Source: Akkermansiaceae bacterium (lineage in GTDB: Bacteria; Verrucomicrobiota; Verrucomicrobiia; Verrucomicrobiales; Akkermansiaceae). Taken from it: a stretch of DNA of 64,000 bases. Within the stretch, counting starts at the first letter, position 1; every line of letters starts with the position of its first letter. The stretch spans positions 1,645 through 65,644 of the forward strand of contig CAJJBR010000044.1 in the NCBI GenBank assembly GCA_905182475.1. The letters run 5' to 3'. The position numbers were made by a program, and so were the translations under genes. Under the pieces are notes generated by a model. That model saw only the letters and a program-made list of their open reading frames with translations. It searched no databases and was not told the origin of the DNA. Of this stretch, positions 39,248 through 48,431 are shown one piece after another.

Positions 39248-40249
39248 TCAGCGTGTCGCAGCCGGAAGCCAGGCTCTCGCACCGGTACTCCTCCATTCGG
39301 TTTCCCGAAAGAAACCAGCGAGGCCTTCCCTACGCTCCAGATCGCCTATCGCATCCGCCGCTTTCCCGTATCTCCAGCGGAAACCGGCCTCCTTCAAGCG
39401 TAGCGGATACGCCCACCGGCTTTTTAAGACTAGCTCCGTTTCCGTGCCCATGAATGCAGCGCCAATCTTGAGCATCCACTTGTTTGCCGGGATACCGATC
39501 GGCATCCCGACCATTTCACGGAAACAGCGCATAAAATCACGGTTTGTGGGGGCTTCAGGAGCGGTGATGTTCACCATCCCATCCATGAAAGGATCGCGCA
39601 TGACAAATTCGACCGCGCGCAGGAAGTCCTCCATATGGATCCAACTCACGCGCTGGTTTCCGCTACCCATCGTCCCCGCCAGAGCGCGGTTCGTGAGACC
39701 TGTCAAAACATCATAAACGGTTCCCAGTTCATTCGCCAAAACCATCCCAGTTCTCAGGGCAACCTTGCGTGTCTCGGCAGGAATCTTTGCTTCGAAAAAC
39801 GCATTCTCCCATGCTGTCGCAACATCGACCGAAAACCCCTTGCCCGCTTCGCCATTCCATTCGTCTTGGGGCTTGTCTTCAGCGTGGCGATACCATGTCG
39901 CCGTACTCGAATTGAGCCAAAGCTTCGGCGGAACTCGGCATTCGGCGATGGCTTTCCCAATGATGGCGGTCGAATCCACCCGGCTACGGATGATCTCCTT
40001 GCGGTTCGCCGCATTATAACGGCAGTTCACGCTACGCCCCGCCAGATTGATCACAAGCTCAGCACCTTCCAGCGCGTATGCCCATGGCCCAAGGGTTTTC
40101 CCGTCCCACACGAGGAACATTCCATCACCGCTCCAGCCCTTACGGCTGCGTGCAATTGCCACCACTTCCCTGCCATTCCTGGCAAAGTGACGGCAAAGAT
40201 ACCTACCCAAGAAGCCGTTGGCTCCGATGATTACAACTGTTGTGCTCAT
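39248..40249 (-). CDS. NAD-dependent epimerase-family protein with C-terminal DUF1731-like extension (TIGR01777/YfcH-like)
   Basis: 333-aa ORF with a Rossmann VVIIGANGFLGRYL. Length and C-terminal pattern resemble YfcH-type proteins. Confidence 0.6.
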   Translation of the reverse strand: MSTTVVIIGANGFLGRYLCRHFARNGREVVAIARSRKGWSGDGMFLVWDGKTLGPWAYALEGAELVINLAGRSVNCRYNAANRKEIIRSRVDSTAIIGKAIAECRVPPKLWLNSSTATWYRHAEDKPQDEWNGEAGKGFSVDVATAWENAFFEAKIPAETRKVALRTGMVLANELGTVYDVLTGLTNRALAGTMGSGNQRVSWIHMEDFLRAVEFVMRDPFMDGMVNITAPEAPTNRDFMRCFREMVGMPIGIPANKWMLKIGAAFMGTETELVLKSRWAYPLRLKEAGFRWRYGKAADAIGDLERREGLAGFFRETEWRSTGARAWLPAATR

Positions 40250-40267
40250 TCTTTCTACTCCTGAAAT

Positions 40268-40798
40268 TTATCCCAAAATCTTAGCCGCTAGCTGGATCGC
40301 GAGCCCGTGCTTCATCGATGCCACCCGATCTGACATTTTTGAAGCGAAGGTTACGAATTCTTCGAGATCCTTCACCTGCTTGTGAAACACCTTCGCATCC
40401 TCGCCTTTTAGCCCTTTTGTCTCCTCCGCGCATCGGTTCAGCAATGCAACCGCCGGTTCAATTTCACGGCGTTTTCTTTCCTTCGCGATGATCGTGAAAA
40501 TCTGCCAGACGTCCTTTTCGGCCTCATAAAAATCACGGCGGTCACCTCTGATTACAATCATCCGGATCAAGCCCCAGTTCACGAGTTCTTTCAGGTTCGT
40601 GTGGGCGTTCCCTCGGCTGACAGAAAGCTCCTCCATCACCTCGTCCGTGCACATCGCGCTGGGTGAAGTCATCAGTAGCGCGTGGATCTGAGCCATCGTC
40701 CTGTTGATACCCCATTGGGTTCCCAGAGCCCCCCATTGAGCAATGAACTCTTCTCTCGCCTTCTTCAGCTTATCTTCGGCAACCTTCATAATTTTCAT
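40268..40798 (-). CDS. GbsR/MarR-like winged-helix regulator
   Basis: 176-aa ORF with FIAQWGALGTQWGINRTMAQIHALLM..DEVMEELSVSRGNAHTNLKELVNWGLI. Confidence 0.55.
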   Translation of the reverse strand: MKIMKVAEDKLKKAREEFIAQWGALGTQWGINRTMAQIHALLMTSPSAMCTDEVMEELSVSRGNAHTNLKELVNWGLIRMIVIRGDRRDFYEAEKDVWQIFTIIAKERKRREIEPAVALLNRCAEETKGLKGEDAKVFHKQVKDLEEFVTFASKMSDRVASMKHGLAIQLAAKILG

Positions 40799-40852
40799 TA
40801 AATACTGAAACTACGAAATTTCAAGAGATAATTCCACTTTCCCACCTAGGCG

Positions 40853-40887
40853 CAAAAAAACCGCTTCCCTTGGGGGAGGGAAGCGGT
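40853..40887 (-). terminator. rho-independent terminator
   Basis: On the minus strand: ccgcttccc..gggaagcgg followed by T7, about 25 nt after the stop at 40910. Confidence 0.75.
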
Positions 40888-40909
40888 GGAAACGATTAGA
40901 ATGAAGCAG

Positions 40910-41239
40910 TTACAGGGAACCCTTCAGAGCTTCGAACTTGGCACGCTTTGCGTTTAGCTCGCGCTCCAGTTGATCGATATCCTGTCCAAGGGTGAGCATA
41001 GTGCTCAGCTTGTTCTGCATACTGCCCTTGCCTGCTTTTCCAGCACGACCGCCCAAACCGGCGTTCTTCAGCCAGGAAGCTATGGTGAGCTGTGAAATGC
41101 TAAACTTAGCCGAAGCATTGCTTTGGCCGCCACGTCCATTCTTCGTATTATATTCGCTAACGTAGGTCACGACTTTGCTTTTCTCCTCAGGAGTGTAGCG
41201 CTTGCCGCGAACGATGTCTTTCTTCTTTGATGTACTCAT
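40910..41239 (-). CDS. small basic HTH plus coiled-coil protein (IS3 OrfA-like look, hypothetical)
   Basis: 109-aa ORF with KRYTPEEKSKVVTYV..FSISQLTIASWLKNAG followed by a coiled coil DIDQLERELNAKRAKFEALK. Confidence 0.5.
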   Translation of the reverse strand: MSTSKKKDIVRGKRYTPEEKSKVVTYVSEYNTKNGRGGQSNASAKFSISQLTIASWLKNAGLGGRAGKAGKGSMQNKLSTMLTLGQDIDQLERELNAKRAKFEALKGSL

Positions 41240-41309
41240 TGCAACTCAAACCTACTACTTGCCAGAAAGGGCGCAAGAGAAAGTTATAATATTGAAAAAC
41301 TTGCGAAAC

Positions 41310-42431
41310 CTATCCTTCGAGCGTGGATATTAATTGATCAAGGTTGCTGAAGTCTTCTAACCAAAGATCCGCGCTATTACGAACCTTTTCCCTCTGCACT
41401 ACGCCTCCAAAACCGATCATAAGATCCACATCGGGTTTGGTTTCCAAATCGGATATACCATCACCAATCATGACGACACGCTGTGGCAACATTGCCTTCG
41501 TCCACTCTCTTATAATCTCATTTTTGCCAAGGTTTCTCGTACTCGGATAGTCCTCCCCGTATCCAGCATACTCTCCTAAATCGTTGAAATAGAGCGGCAC
41601 AGCTTCAACATGACGGATACCCAGGCGCTCGGCAAGCGGCCTGATAATTGGAGCGAAACCTCCTGAAATGATTACTGGCAACCAGCTGTTCTCAACTGCC
41701 TTGGAAACAAGTTCGGTAGCCCCGGAAACAACCGTTTCAATGTACATCCGGCACACTTCTTCAACCATCTCCTTACTAGGACGAATGATCTCCATTCTAC
41801 GGCGGAACACTTCATCGAGCGGGACTTCTCCATCCATCGCGGCATTAGTCAAAGCCACTACCTCTGCAAATATTGCAGGATCCGAGAGCCTTGCTAGTTC
41901 ATCAATCCCCTCAATCGATGACAAAGTTGAATCGCAGTCTAGGAATAAGAGTTTCATTTTGTGTTCCGTCAGTGGATGTATCGCAACCTCGGATCCGGTT
42001 TCAACAGCATCGAAAAGCTCAACCATGTCTCTATTGGACATCCGGATACATCCGTGACTGGAGGGAATCCCGATGAGATCCTCACGATTAGTTCCATGAA
42101 TATAAATGTACCGCTCCAATGTGTTCGCATTTTCCGGATCGATTCCGCCCATACGTAATATGCGCGTCAAAATCAAGTCATCATCTGCCTTTTCCTTTTG
42201 ATCCCATACACCGATGGGAACCCTAGCTTTGAATTTCGTATATAAAGGCTCACCTTCACCGACTTTTTCCGAAATCACAAAACGCCCGGTTGGCGTCCGG
42301 AAACTCCCCTCCGCGAATCCCATGCCTTTTTCAGAAGTCGATATTTTAAAAGTTCGGGCGGGCTCGTTGTTGACGTAGAGATCCAGCGATTGGCTATCCA
42401 TGGAAACTTCCAGGCGTGTTGATTGGCTCAT
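41310..42431 (-). CDS. fusion protein: YkuD L,D-transpeptidase catalytic domain + HAD-IB phosphoserine-phosphatase-like domain
   Basis: Start ATG 42431 (MSQSTRLEV). LDT motif YIYIHGTN..IPSSHGCIRMSNRD. HAD motifs LFLDCDSTLSSIEGIDELA and MIGDGISD. The 601-aa track ORF is an upstream out-of-frame extension across the KAS gene. Confidence 0.75.
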   Translation of the reverse strand: MSQSTRLEVSMDSQSLDLYVNNEPARTFKISTSEKGMGFAEGSFRTPTGRFVISEKVGEGEPLYTKFKARVPIGVWDQKEKADDDLILTRILRMGGIDPENANTLERYIYIHGTNREDLIGIPSSHGCIRMSNRDMVELFDAVETGSEVAIHPLTEHKMKLLFLDCDSTLSSIEGIDELARLSDPAIFAEVVALTNAAMDGEVPLDEVFRRRMEIIRPSKEMVEEVCRMYIETVVSGATELVSKAVENSWLPVIISGGFAPIIRPLAERLGIRHVEAVPLYFNDLGEYAGYGEDYPSTRNLGKNEIIREWTKAMLPQRVVMIGDGISDLETKPDVDLMIGFGGVVQREKVRNSADLWLEDFSNLDQLISTLEG

Positions 42432-43630
42432 GAGTTGGTTTGGAAAACGGCAAGAGCATTGTGCCCACCCATGCCGTGGGCAAGTTTGAAGACAGGTCCG
42501 GTGACGGGCAGCGACACATCCGGAAACTGCCAACCGGGCGGTGCCGTCCTTCCGGGCAAGTTCGCCGGCAGACAGGAGTCTTTTAGAAAACGGAGAAGGA
42601 TCACACTTTCCAACAGGCCGCTCGCACCCACGGTGTGCCCAACGAAAGGCTTGAGAAGGTGGAATGTGGTTGCGGGATAGGAGCCCGCTGCCGCCAAAAT
42701 CGTCCTCTCGCCACGTGCTTGGATACGTGTTCCCGTTGAATGCGGGCAAATTGCGGCAGGTAATCCGAACTCGGAAATCGCCTTTTCGATCAGCAGGTGT
42801 GTCCTGCCGCCATCTTTTGGAACACCCACCGGATCTGCTCCGTCGGAGTTGTTTGCGAAATGGGAGAGCACGGTTTTTCCAGAGCCACCGGCGGAAAGAG
42901 CTATGGCCGCAGCACCCTCGCCTGGAATGAAGCCGTCCGATGAAGCCGAAAAAGGATCTAAGTCCATCCCACTCCCGAGGAGCCCGGAGGCAGCATAATT
43001 GTCCAACAGCTTCGGCACGAGCGGGAGATCTACGGCCACCACCAGCACCCGTTCGGCGGCACCACAGTCCAAAAGCATTTTCCCGAGGCCTAGGGCATCC
43101 AGTCCTGCTGAGCATCCGCTAGCAACCACATGATTCTGACCCAGAATTCCTAGCTCGATGGATATTGCAGTGGCAGGCTCGCTGTGAATCGTGTTGCTAG
43201 CGGCCATCAGCTTAAACGGCCTACGCCCGGGCCACGGATCCAGCCATCCCGCTGCATTTCCACGGCTAGTTCCTACAATGAGGGCCGTATTTTCCAATTC
43301 CTTAGCATCCCACCCAGTCATTGCCACCGCCTCCTTCGCCACATGTAACGCGGCCATGGATGCAGGACTCCATTTCCTATGGGTCAGAAGATTTCGCGGA
43401 GAAATCCAAGCTCCCGCCAAAGTTGCGTGCGAACTGTCATTTCCCAATAACTCGCTCATCATTCGGATCGCAGTGCGCCCTTGGCAGACCGCATCGAAAT
43501 GCGCCTCCACATCGTGCCCGAGTGACGAAAGCGCGCCTATGCCTGTGATGGTGTGTGAGTTGGCTATCCCTTCCGGTATCAAGCTGAACGCGGACGGCAA
43601 CCCCAAAACAGAAAATCCTTTCGTTTTCAT
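42428..43630 (-). CDS. beta-ketoacyl-ACP synthase, Cys-His-His (KAS I/II) type, outside a visible fab operon
   Basis: 400-aa ORF with ITGIGALSSLG, active-site ASGCSAGLDA, HSTGT and GHTVGASG. Its TGA stop overlaps the ATG of the next gene (ATGA at 42428-42431). Confidence 0.8.
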   Translation of the reverse strand: MKTKGFSVLGLPSAFSLIPEGIANSHTITGIGALSSLGHDVEAHFDAVCQGRTAIRMMSELLGNDSSHATLAGAWISPRNLLTHRKWSPASMAALHVAKEAVAMTGWDAKELENTALIVGTSRGNAAGWLDPWPGRRPFKLMAASNTIHSEPATAISIELGILGQNHVVASGCSAGLDALGLGKMLLDCGAAERVLVVAVDLPLVPKLLDNYAASGLLGSGMDLDPFSASSDGFIPGEGAAAIALSAGGSGKTVLSHFANNSDGADPVGVPKDGGRTHLLIEKAISEFGLPAAICPHSTGTRIQARGERTILAAAGSYPATTFHLLKPFVGHTVGASGLLESVILLRFLKDSCLPANLPGRTAPPGWQFPDVSLPVTGPVFKLAHGMGGHNALAVFQTNS

Positions 43631-43672
43631 CCTTTGCCCCCAGGCCGCACATGCCCCATAAGCGGCGTGCAG

Positions 43673-44509
43673 ATGAAGTCCGTCCTGGAAACTATCAATG
43701 GAGGTGCGCAGTACCTCGAGAAGCGCGGTGTGTCCGATGCGCGACGAAACATGGAGTATCTACTTGCCCATGGTCTCGGTTGCAACCGCATGCAGCTCTA
43801 CACCCAGTTCGACCGACCGCTTGATGAAGATGTCTTGGTGCCACTACGAGATTCCCTGAAAAAGCGTGGCGAAGGCATCCCACTGCAACATCTCCTCGGC
43901 ACCGTCCCGTTTCACGGCAGGGACTTTATTTGCGACGGACGCGGCCTCATCCCCCGCCCCGAAACCGAAGAGCTCGTGGAAATGATGCTGAAAGACCTCC
44001 CAGACGGCTCACTGGAAATCCTCGACATGGGTTGTGGCTCCGGCGTCCTCGGCCTGACACTAGCCGCCGAACGCCCAGATAGCCGCGTTACCCTCGTCGA
44101 CGTTTCCGCCGACGCCCTCGCCCTCACGAAAGAGAATGCCGAGAAACTCGAAATCAAAAACGTAACCCTCGTCCGCAGCGATTTGTTCGAAAATCTCACC
44201 GGCACATTCGACCTTATCGCCGCGAACCTTCCCTACGTTCCGGATGGTGAAGCGAAATCCATGGAGCGCGAACTCTCCCACGATCCCGCCCTCGCCCTCT
44301 TTTCCGGAGCGGACGGCCTGGATTTACTCAACCGCTGCGTCCCGGATTCCTTCCGCTTCCTGAAACCCGGCGGACTCCTCGCCCTTGAAATTGGCCACGA
44401 TCAGGCTTCACAGCTCCGCATCTCTTTGGAAAACTGTGGTTTCACCGAAATCGAAGTCCGCAAAGACCTCTCCGGCATCTCACGCTTTCCTTTCGCCAGA
44501 CACCCCTGA
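43673..44509 (+). CDS. prmC: release factor glutamine N5-methyltransferase
   Basis: Start ATG 43673. SAM motif ILDMGCGSG and catalytic ANLPYVP (NPPY-type). Confidence 0.85.
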   Translation: MKSVLETINGGAQYLEKRGVSDARRNMEYLLAHGLGCNRMQLYTQFDRPLDEDVLVPLRDSLKKRGEGIPLQHLLGTVPFHGRDFICDGRGLIPRPETEELVEMMLKDLPDGSLEILDMGCGSGVLGLTLAAERPDSRVTLVDVSADALALTKENAEKLEIKNVTLVRSDLFENLTGTFDLIAANLPYVPDGEAKSMERELSHDPALALFSGADGLDLLNRCVPDSFRFLKPGGLLALEIGHDQASQLRISLENCGFTEIEVRKDLSGISRFPFARHP

Positions 44510-44524
44510 CATCACTCAAATTAT

Positions 44525-45793
44525 ATGGATAAACTCGTCGTCCACGGCGGCTCCGTTCTCAAAGGAGCCATCAACATCTCAGGATCGAAAAACGCTTCGC
44601 TCCCCATTCTTGCCGCTGCCATCCTCACAGGGGAAGACTGCATCATCCGTCGTGTGCCCGATGTCTCGGACACGAATTACATGATCCAGATCCTCAGCGC
44701 CCTCGGTGCTGACGTTGAGCGCTCCTCTGGCACCGTCCGTATCACCTGCGCGGATATTACCGATGAGGCACCCTACGAACTCGTCCGCCGCATGCGCGCC
44801 TCGATCTGCGTCATGGGACCATTGCTCGCTCGAAAAGGCCGGGCTGTGATCTCCCTGCCCGGCGGTTGCGTGATCGGAGACCGCCCCGTGGATCTCCACC
44901 TCAAAGGCATGGAAGCCCTCGGAGCGAAAGTGGAATTCGAAGGAGGAAACATCACCCTCACCGCACCGAATGGACTGGTAGGTGCGGAAATGGATCTGCG
45001 CGGCGACAGCGGACCTACCGTTCTCGGTACCGACAATGTGATGATGGCCGCAACCCTCGCCGAGGGAATCACCGTCATCGAATCCGCCGCCGCCGAACCC
45101 GAAGTTCTCGACCTTGCGAATTTCCTCAACTCACTCGGAGCGAAAATCACCGGTGCCGGCACTCGCCGCATCGTGATCGAAGGTGTTAAAGAACTCAAAG
45201 GAGTCGAGCACACCGTCATCCCCGACCGCATCGAAGCCGGAACGTTCATGGCCGCTGCAGCGCTTGCAGGTGAGGGAGTAACTCTCAACCGCGTCAACCG
45301 CGAGCACCTGAAAGCAATCACCGCAGCCATCATCAAGTCCGGCCACAGCGTCGAGTTCAACGAAGCTGGGGACTCCTGCTTCATCCAGCGCGGAGAAAAC
45401 CCCCAAGGCGTAGACCTTACCACTTCCCCCTATCCCGGCTACCCGACCGATATGCAGGCCCAGATGACTGCGCTACTCGCCACCACCCCGGGCACCAGCG
45501 TGATCAAGGACACAATTTTCCCACAACGCTTCATGCACTGTGCCGAGCTGAAGCGGATGGGTGCCGATATCAAAATAGACCACGGCACCGCCATTGTCCG
45601 TGGCGTGGAGCAACTCTCCGCAGCCCCCGTCATGGCCTCCGACCTTCGTGCCTCCGCCGCCCTCGTCCTCGCCGCACTCCGAGCGAAAGGAACCACGGAA
45701 ATTTCCCGCGTTTACCACATCGACCGCGGCTACGAGCACATCGATGAAAAGCTCCTTATGCTAGGCGCAAAAGTCGAGCGGGTGCGGGTTTGA
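44525..45793 (+). CDS. murA: UDP-N-acetylglucosamine 1-carboxyvinyltransferase
   Basis: 422-aa ORF with ISGSKNASLPILAA, LPGGCVIGDRPVDLH (catalytic Cys) and C-terminal IDRGYEHIDEKL. Confidence 0.95.
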   Translation: MDKLVVHGGSVLKGAINISGSKNASLPILAAAILTGEDCIIRRVPDVSDTNYMIQILSALGADVERSSGTVRITCADITDEAPYELVRRMRASICVMGPLLARKGRAVISLPGGCVIGDRPVDLHLKGMEALGAKVEFEGGNITLTAPNGLVGAEMDLRGDSGPTVLGTDNVMMAATLAEGITVIESAAAEPEVLDLANFLNSLGAKITGAGTRRIVIEGVKELKGVEHTVIPDRIEAGTFMAAAALAGEGVTLNRVNREHLKAITAAIIKSGHSVEFNEAGDSCFIQRGENPQGVDLTTSPYPGYPTDMQAQMTALLATTPGTSVIKDTIFPQRFMHCAELKRMGADIKIDHGTAIVRGVEQLSAAPVMASDLRASAALVLAALRAKGTTEISRVYHIDRGYEHIDEKLLMLGAKVERVRV

Positions 45794-45856
45794 TGGAACT
45801 CGGGCCCTAGTCAGCAAGCCCTCTCCCAACCTGCGGACTAAAGTCCGCGCTCCTCA

Positions 45857-46771
45857 TTACCGCATCCTTGGATTCAGCGCGATCTGCGCGAGATCCGCTA
45901 GGAGATTCGCGGCGACGATTAGGAAACCGTAAAACAGAACCAATCCTTGGATCAGGAAAAACTCGCGGTCTGTGGCTGCGTTGACGAAATGCTGGCCCAT
46001 GCCAGGGATTTGGAAAATTGTCTCGATTACGAACGATCCGGAGATCATCGCAGCGAAGGCGGGGCCGATGAAAGCAACCGCCGGGATGAGTCCACCTTTC
46101 AGCGCGTGCCGAGTGATAATCTTCCTTCCCGGGACACCCTTTGCCTTCGCGGTGCGGATATAATCTTGGCTAAGAACATCCAGCATGCCACCGCGCGAAA
46201 GGCGCGCGAGGTAGGCGGCATTGATAAGGCCGAGCGTGATCGCTGGGAGTATCCAATCGGTTGGAGAAGACCAACCAGCGACATTGATCGAATGGAGTTT
46301 CAATCCGGCACCTACCGCCAGTAAAGGTCCGATCACGAAACTCGGAAGGCAGATCCCGATCATGGCGAAGGCGAGGCAGGCAAAATCGGTGGGGGAATTT
46401 CTCTTCACCGCCGCAATCACGCCCGCCGGAATCCCAACGAGTAGTGCAATACCCATAGATGCAAGGCCGAGCGCCATGGAAACGGGGAAGGAGTCACCAA
46501 TGACCTCGGAAACCTGCACCCCGTCTTTCTTGATCAGCGGCCCCATATCCTGCCGAAGGACGAGATTCCGGAGATACAGGCCGTATTGAACGGGCCATGG
46601 CTTGTCGAGCCCAGTGGAAGCTTTGAGCTCTTTGAGGATGTGCTCGGGAACCGCTTTTTCATCCGTGTAAGGACTGCCCGGCATCAGGCGGACGAGGAAA
46701 AACGTTAGGGTGACCAGGACGAAGAGCGTCAGCAGGCCTTGGAGGAAGCGGGATGCGAGAAGCTTGAGCAT
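45857..46771 (-). CDS. ABC transporter permease, OppB/DppB type
   Basis: 304-aa ORF with MLKLLASRFLQGLLTLFVLVTLTFFLVRLMPG and an EAA loop DYIRTAKAKGVPGRKIITRHALKG. Confidence 0.85.
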   Translation of the reverse strand: MLKLLASRFLQGLLTLFVLVTLTFFLVRLMPGSPYTDEKAVPEHILKELKASTGLDKPWPVQYGLYLRNLVLRQDMGPLIKKDGVQVSEVIGDSFPVSMALGLASMGIALLVGIPAGVIAAVKRNSPTDFACLAFAMIGICLPSFVIGPLLAVGAGLKLHSINVAGWSSPTDWILPAITLGLINAAYLARLSRGGMLDVLSQDYIRTAKAKGVPGRKIITRHALKGGLIPAVAFIGPAFAAMISGSFVIETIFQIPGMGQHFVNAATDREFFLIQGLVLFYGFLIVAANLLADLAQIALNPRMR

Positions 46772-46774
46772 GAT

Positions 46775-48379
46775 TTAATCCTGCGGGACGAGTTTCAGGT
46801 TTTTGAACGGATGGTTGTCCAGAAGCAGCGGCTCCCAGCCTTTCACCGAAGGATGGATCAGGTAATTTTTCCCCCACCATGCAATCGGTGTGATCGGAGA
46901 ATCTTCAAGCAGGATGGACTCCGCTTCAAACAACAGTTCGTAGCGAACAGCAGGATCGGTGGCCTGAATCGATTCCTCCAGCTTGGCGACGAAAGGCTTG
47001 CTGTCCCAACCGGTGTTGTTGTTGCCGTTGTCCGGAGTCCACATTTCGAGAAACGTCAGGGGATCGATGTAGTCGCCTATCCACCCGCCCGCGACGATGT
47101 CGTATTCTAGACTCTGGGTTGCCACGATATATGCAGTCCATTCTTTATTCTCGATCTCAACCTCCACTCCGAGATGCTCCCGCCACATCGCCTGAACTGC
47201 GGTTGCGAGTGTCGCTGCCGTTTCCCGTGATGCGATGAGAAGGCCAAGCCGAGGAAAGCCCTTGCCACCCGGGTAGCCAGCCTCCGCGAGGAGCTTCCGG
47301 GCTGCAGCCGGATCAAAGCTAGTGCCGTGTGGCGGATCATAGTCGCCCATCGGGGGAGTCATCCCATAGGCAGGCAGATATCCTCGGAATACGTTGTCGC
47401 AAAGCGCCTCTCTATCCAGCGCCATGCTGAGGGCGCGGCGGACACGGACGTCATCCAAAGGTGCCCTGGTTGTATTGAAACGGTAGAGAACAGTCCCCAG
47501 ATACGGCTCCTGCCTTACTGCGGAGGGATCGACTTTTTTCATCAGATCCACCACCTCGGGAGCCGCGCCGTAAGTTACATGGAGCTGGCCGTCGCGGAAC
47601 ATCCGAGCCTCGGTGAAGACGTTGGAAATCGGCAGGAAACGGATGCCATTGAGCGTGACGTTTTCCGCATCCCAGTAGTAAGGATTCCGCTCCACCTCGA
47701 TGTGGGCGTTGCGGCGGAAAGACTTGATCCGGTAGGGGCCGTTGGATACGAGGTTTTCCGGCTTGGACCAGAGGTTTCCGATCTGAGCGATGGTTCCGTA
47801 TTCCAGCACCTTGTGCTTCGGCACCGGATACCAGGTGTAGTGCTTGAGCAGTTCGCGGAAAAACGGGGTCGGACCTCGTAGAGTCATCTCGAAGTTAAGC
47901 GGGTCGATCACCTTCATTCCCACAGTTGAGAAATCCTTGGTTTTCCCAAGGTTAAAATCCTCCGCACCCTCCATAAAGTAGAGCATCGAGGCGTATTTAG
48001 CACCGAGACCGGGACTCAGGATGCGCTCGTAGGTAAAGGCGAAATCTTCCGCGGTAACTGGATGACCGTCAGACCATTTTGCATCCGGCCTCAGCGTCGC
48101 CGTCCAAACGGTGAAAGTTTCGTCCGGAACAACCTCCAATGCGACACCTCCCGGAGCAGCCAGATCCTCAGTCGGATGAAAGGCGATCAGACCCTCGAAG
48201 AGTGCACGGTTGATGTTGCTTTCAAGAACACCGGTCACCACCTGTGGGTCGAAACTCTTCGGGTCGCTGGAATTTGCGAGGAGAAGAATCCCATCTTTGG
48301 TTGCCCGATCCACCTGGGATTCCTTCTGGCAGGAAATCAAGGAAAGACAGCTAATAAAAATTGCGAACCGGAGTAGCAT
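46775..48379 (-). CDS. lipoprotein, family-5 (OppA/DppA-like) substrate-binding protein
   Basis: 534-aa ORF with lipobox LSLISC and SBP_bac_5-like size and pattern. It lies 3 nt upstream of the permease. Confidence 0.8.
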   Translation of the reverse strand: MLLRFAIFISCLSLISCQKESQVDRATKDGILLLANSSDPKSFDPQVVTGVLESNINRALFEGLIAFHPTEDLAAPGGVALEVVPDETFTVWTATLRPDAKWSDGHPVTAEDFAFTYERILSPGLGAKYASMLYFMEGAEDFNLGKTKDFSTVGMKVIDPLNFEMTLRGPTPFFRELLKHYTWYPVPKHKVLEYGTIAQIGNLWSKPENLVSNGPYRIKSFRRNAHIEVERNPYYWDAENVTLNGIRFLPISNVFTEARMFRDGQLHVTYGAAPEVVDLMKKVDPSAVRQEPYLGTVLYRFNTTRAPLDDVRVRRALSMALDREALCDNVFRGYLPAYGMTPPMGDYDPPHGTSFDPAAARKLLAEAGYPGGKGFPRLGLLIASRETAATLATAVQAMWREHLGVEVEIENKEWTAYIVATQSLEYDIVAGGWIGDYIDPLTFLEMWTPDNGNNNTGWDSKPFVAKLEESIQATDPAVRYELLFEAESILLEDSPITPIAWWGKNYLIHPSVKGWEPLLLDNHPFKNLKLVPQD

Positions 48380-48431
48380 CGTGATGGGAGTAAGATGTCA
48401 GGTTTCCACCCGCAATGCAAATGCAGGAAAG

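Noticed and set aside
41310-43115. 601-aa ORF in the track as a single protein
   Set aside because: Its first 228 aa are an arginine/cysteine-rich out-of-frame read across the ketoacyl synthase gene. The recognisable protein starts at ATG 42431, overlapping the KAS stop.
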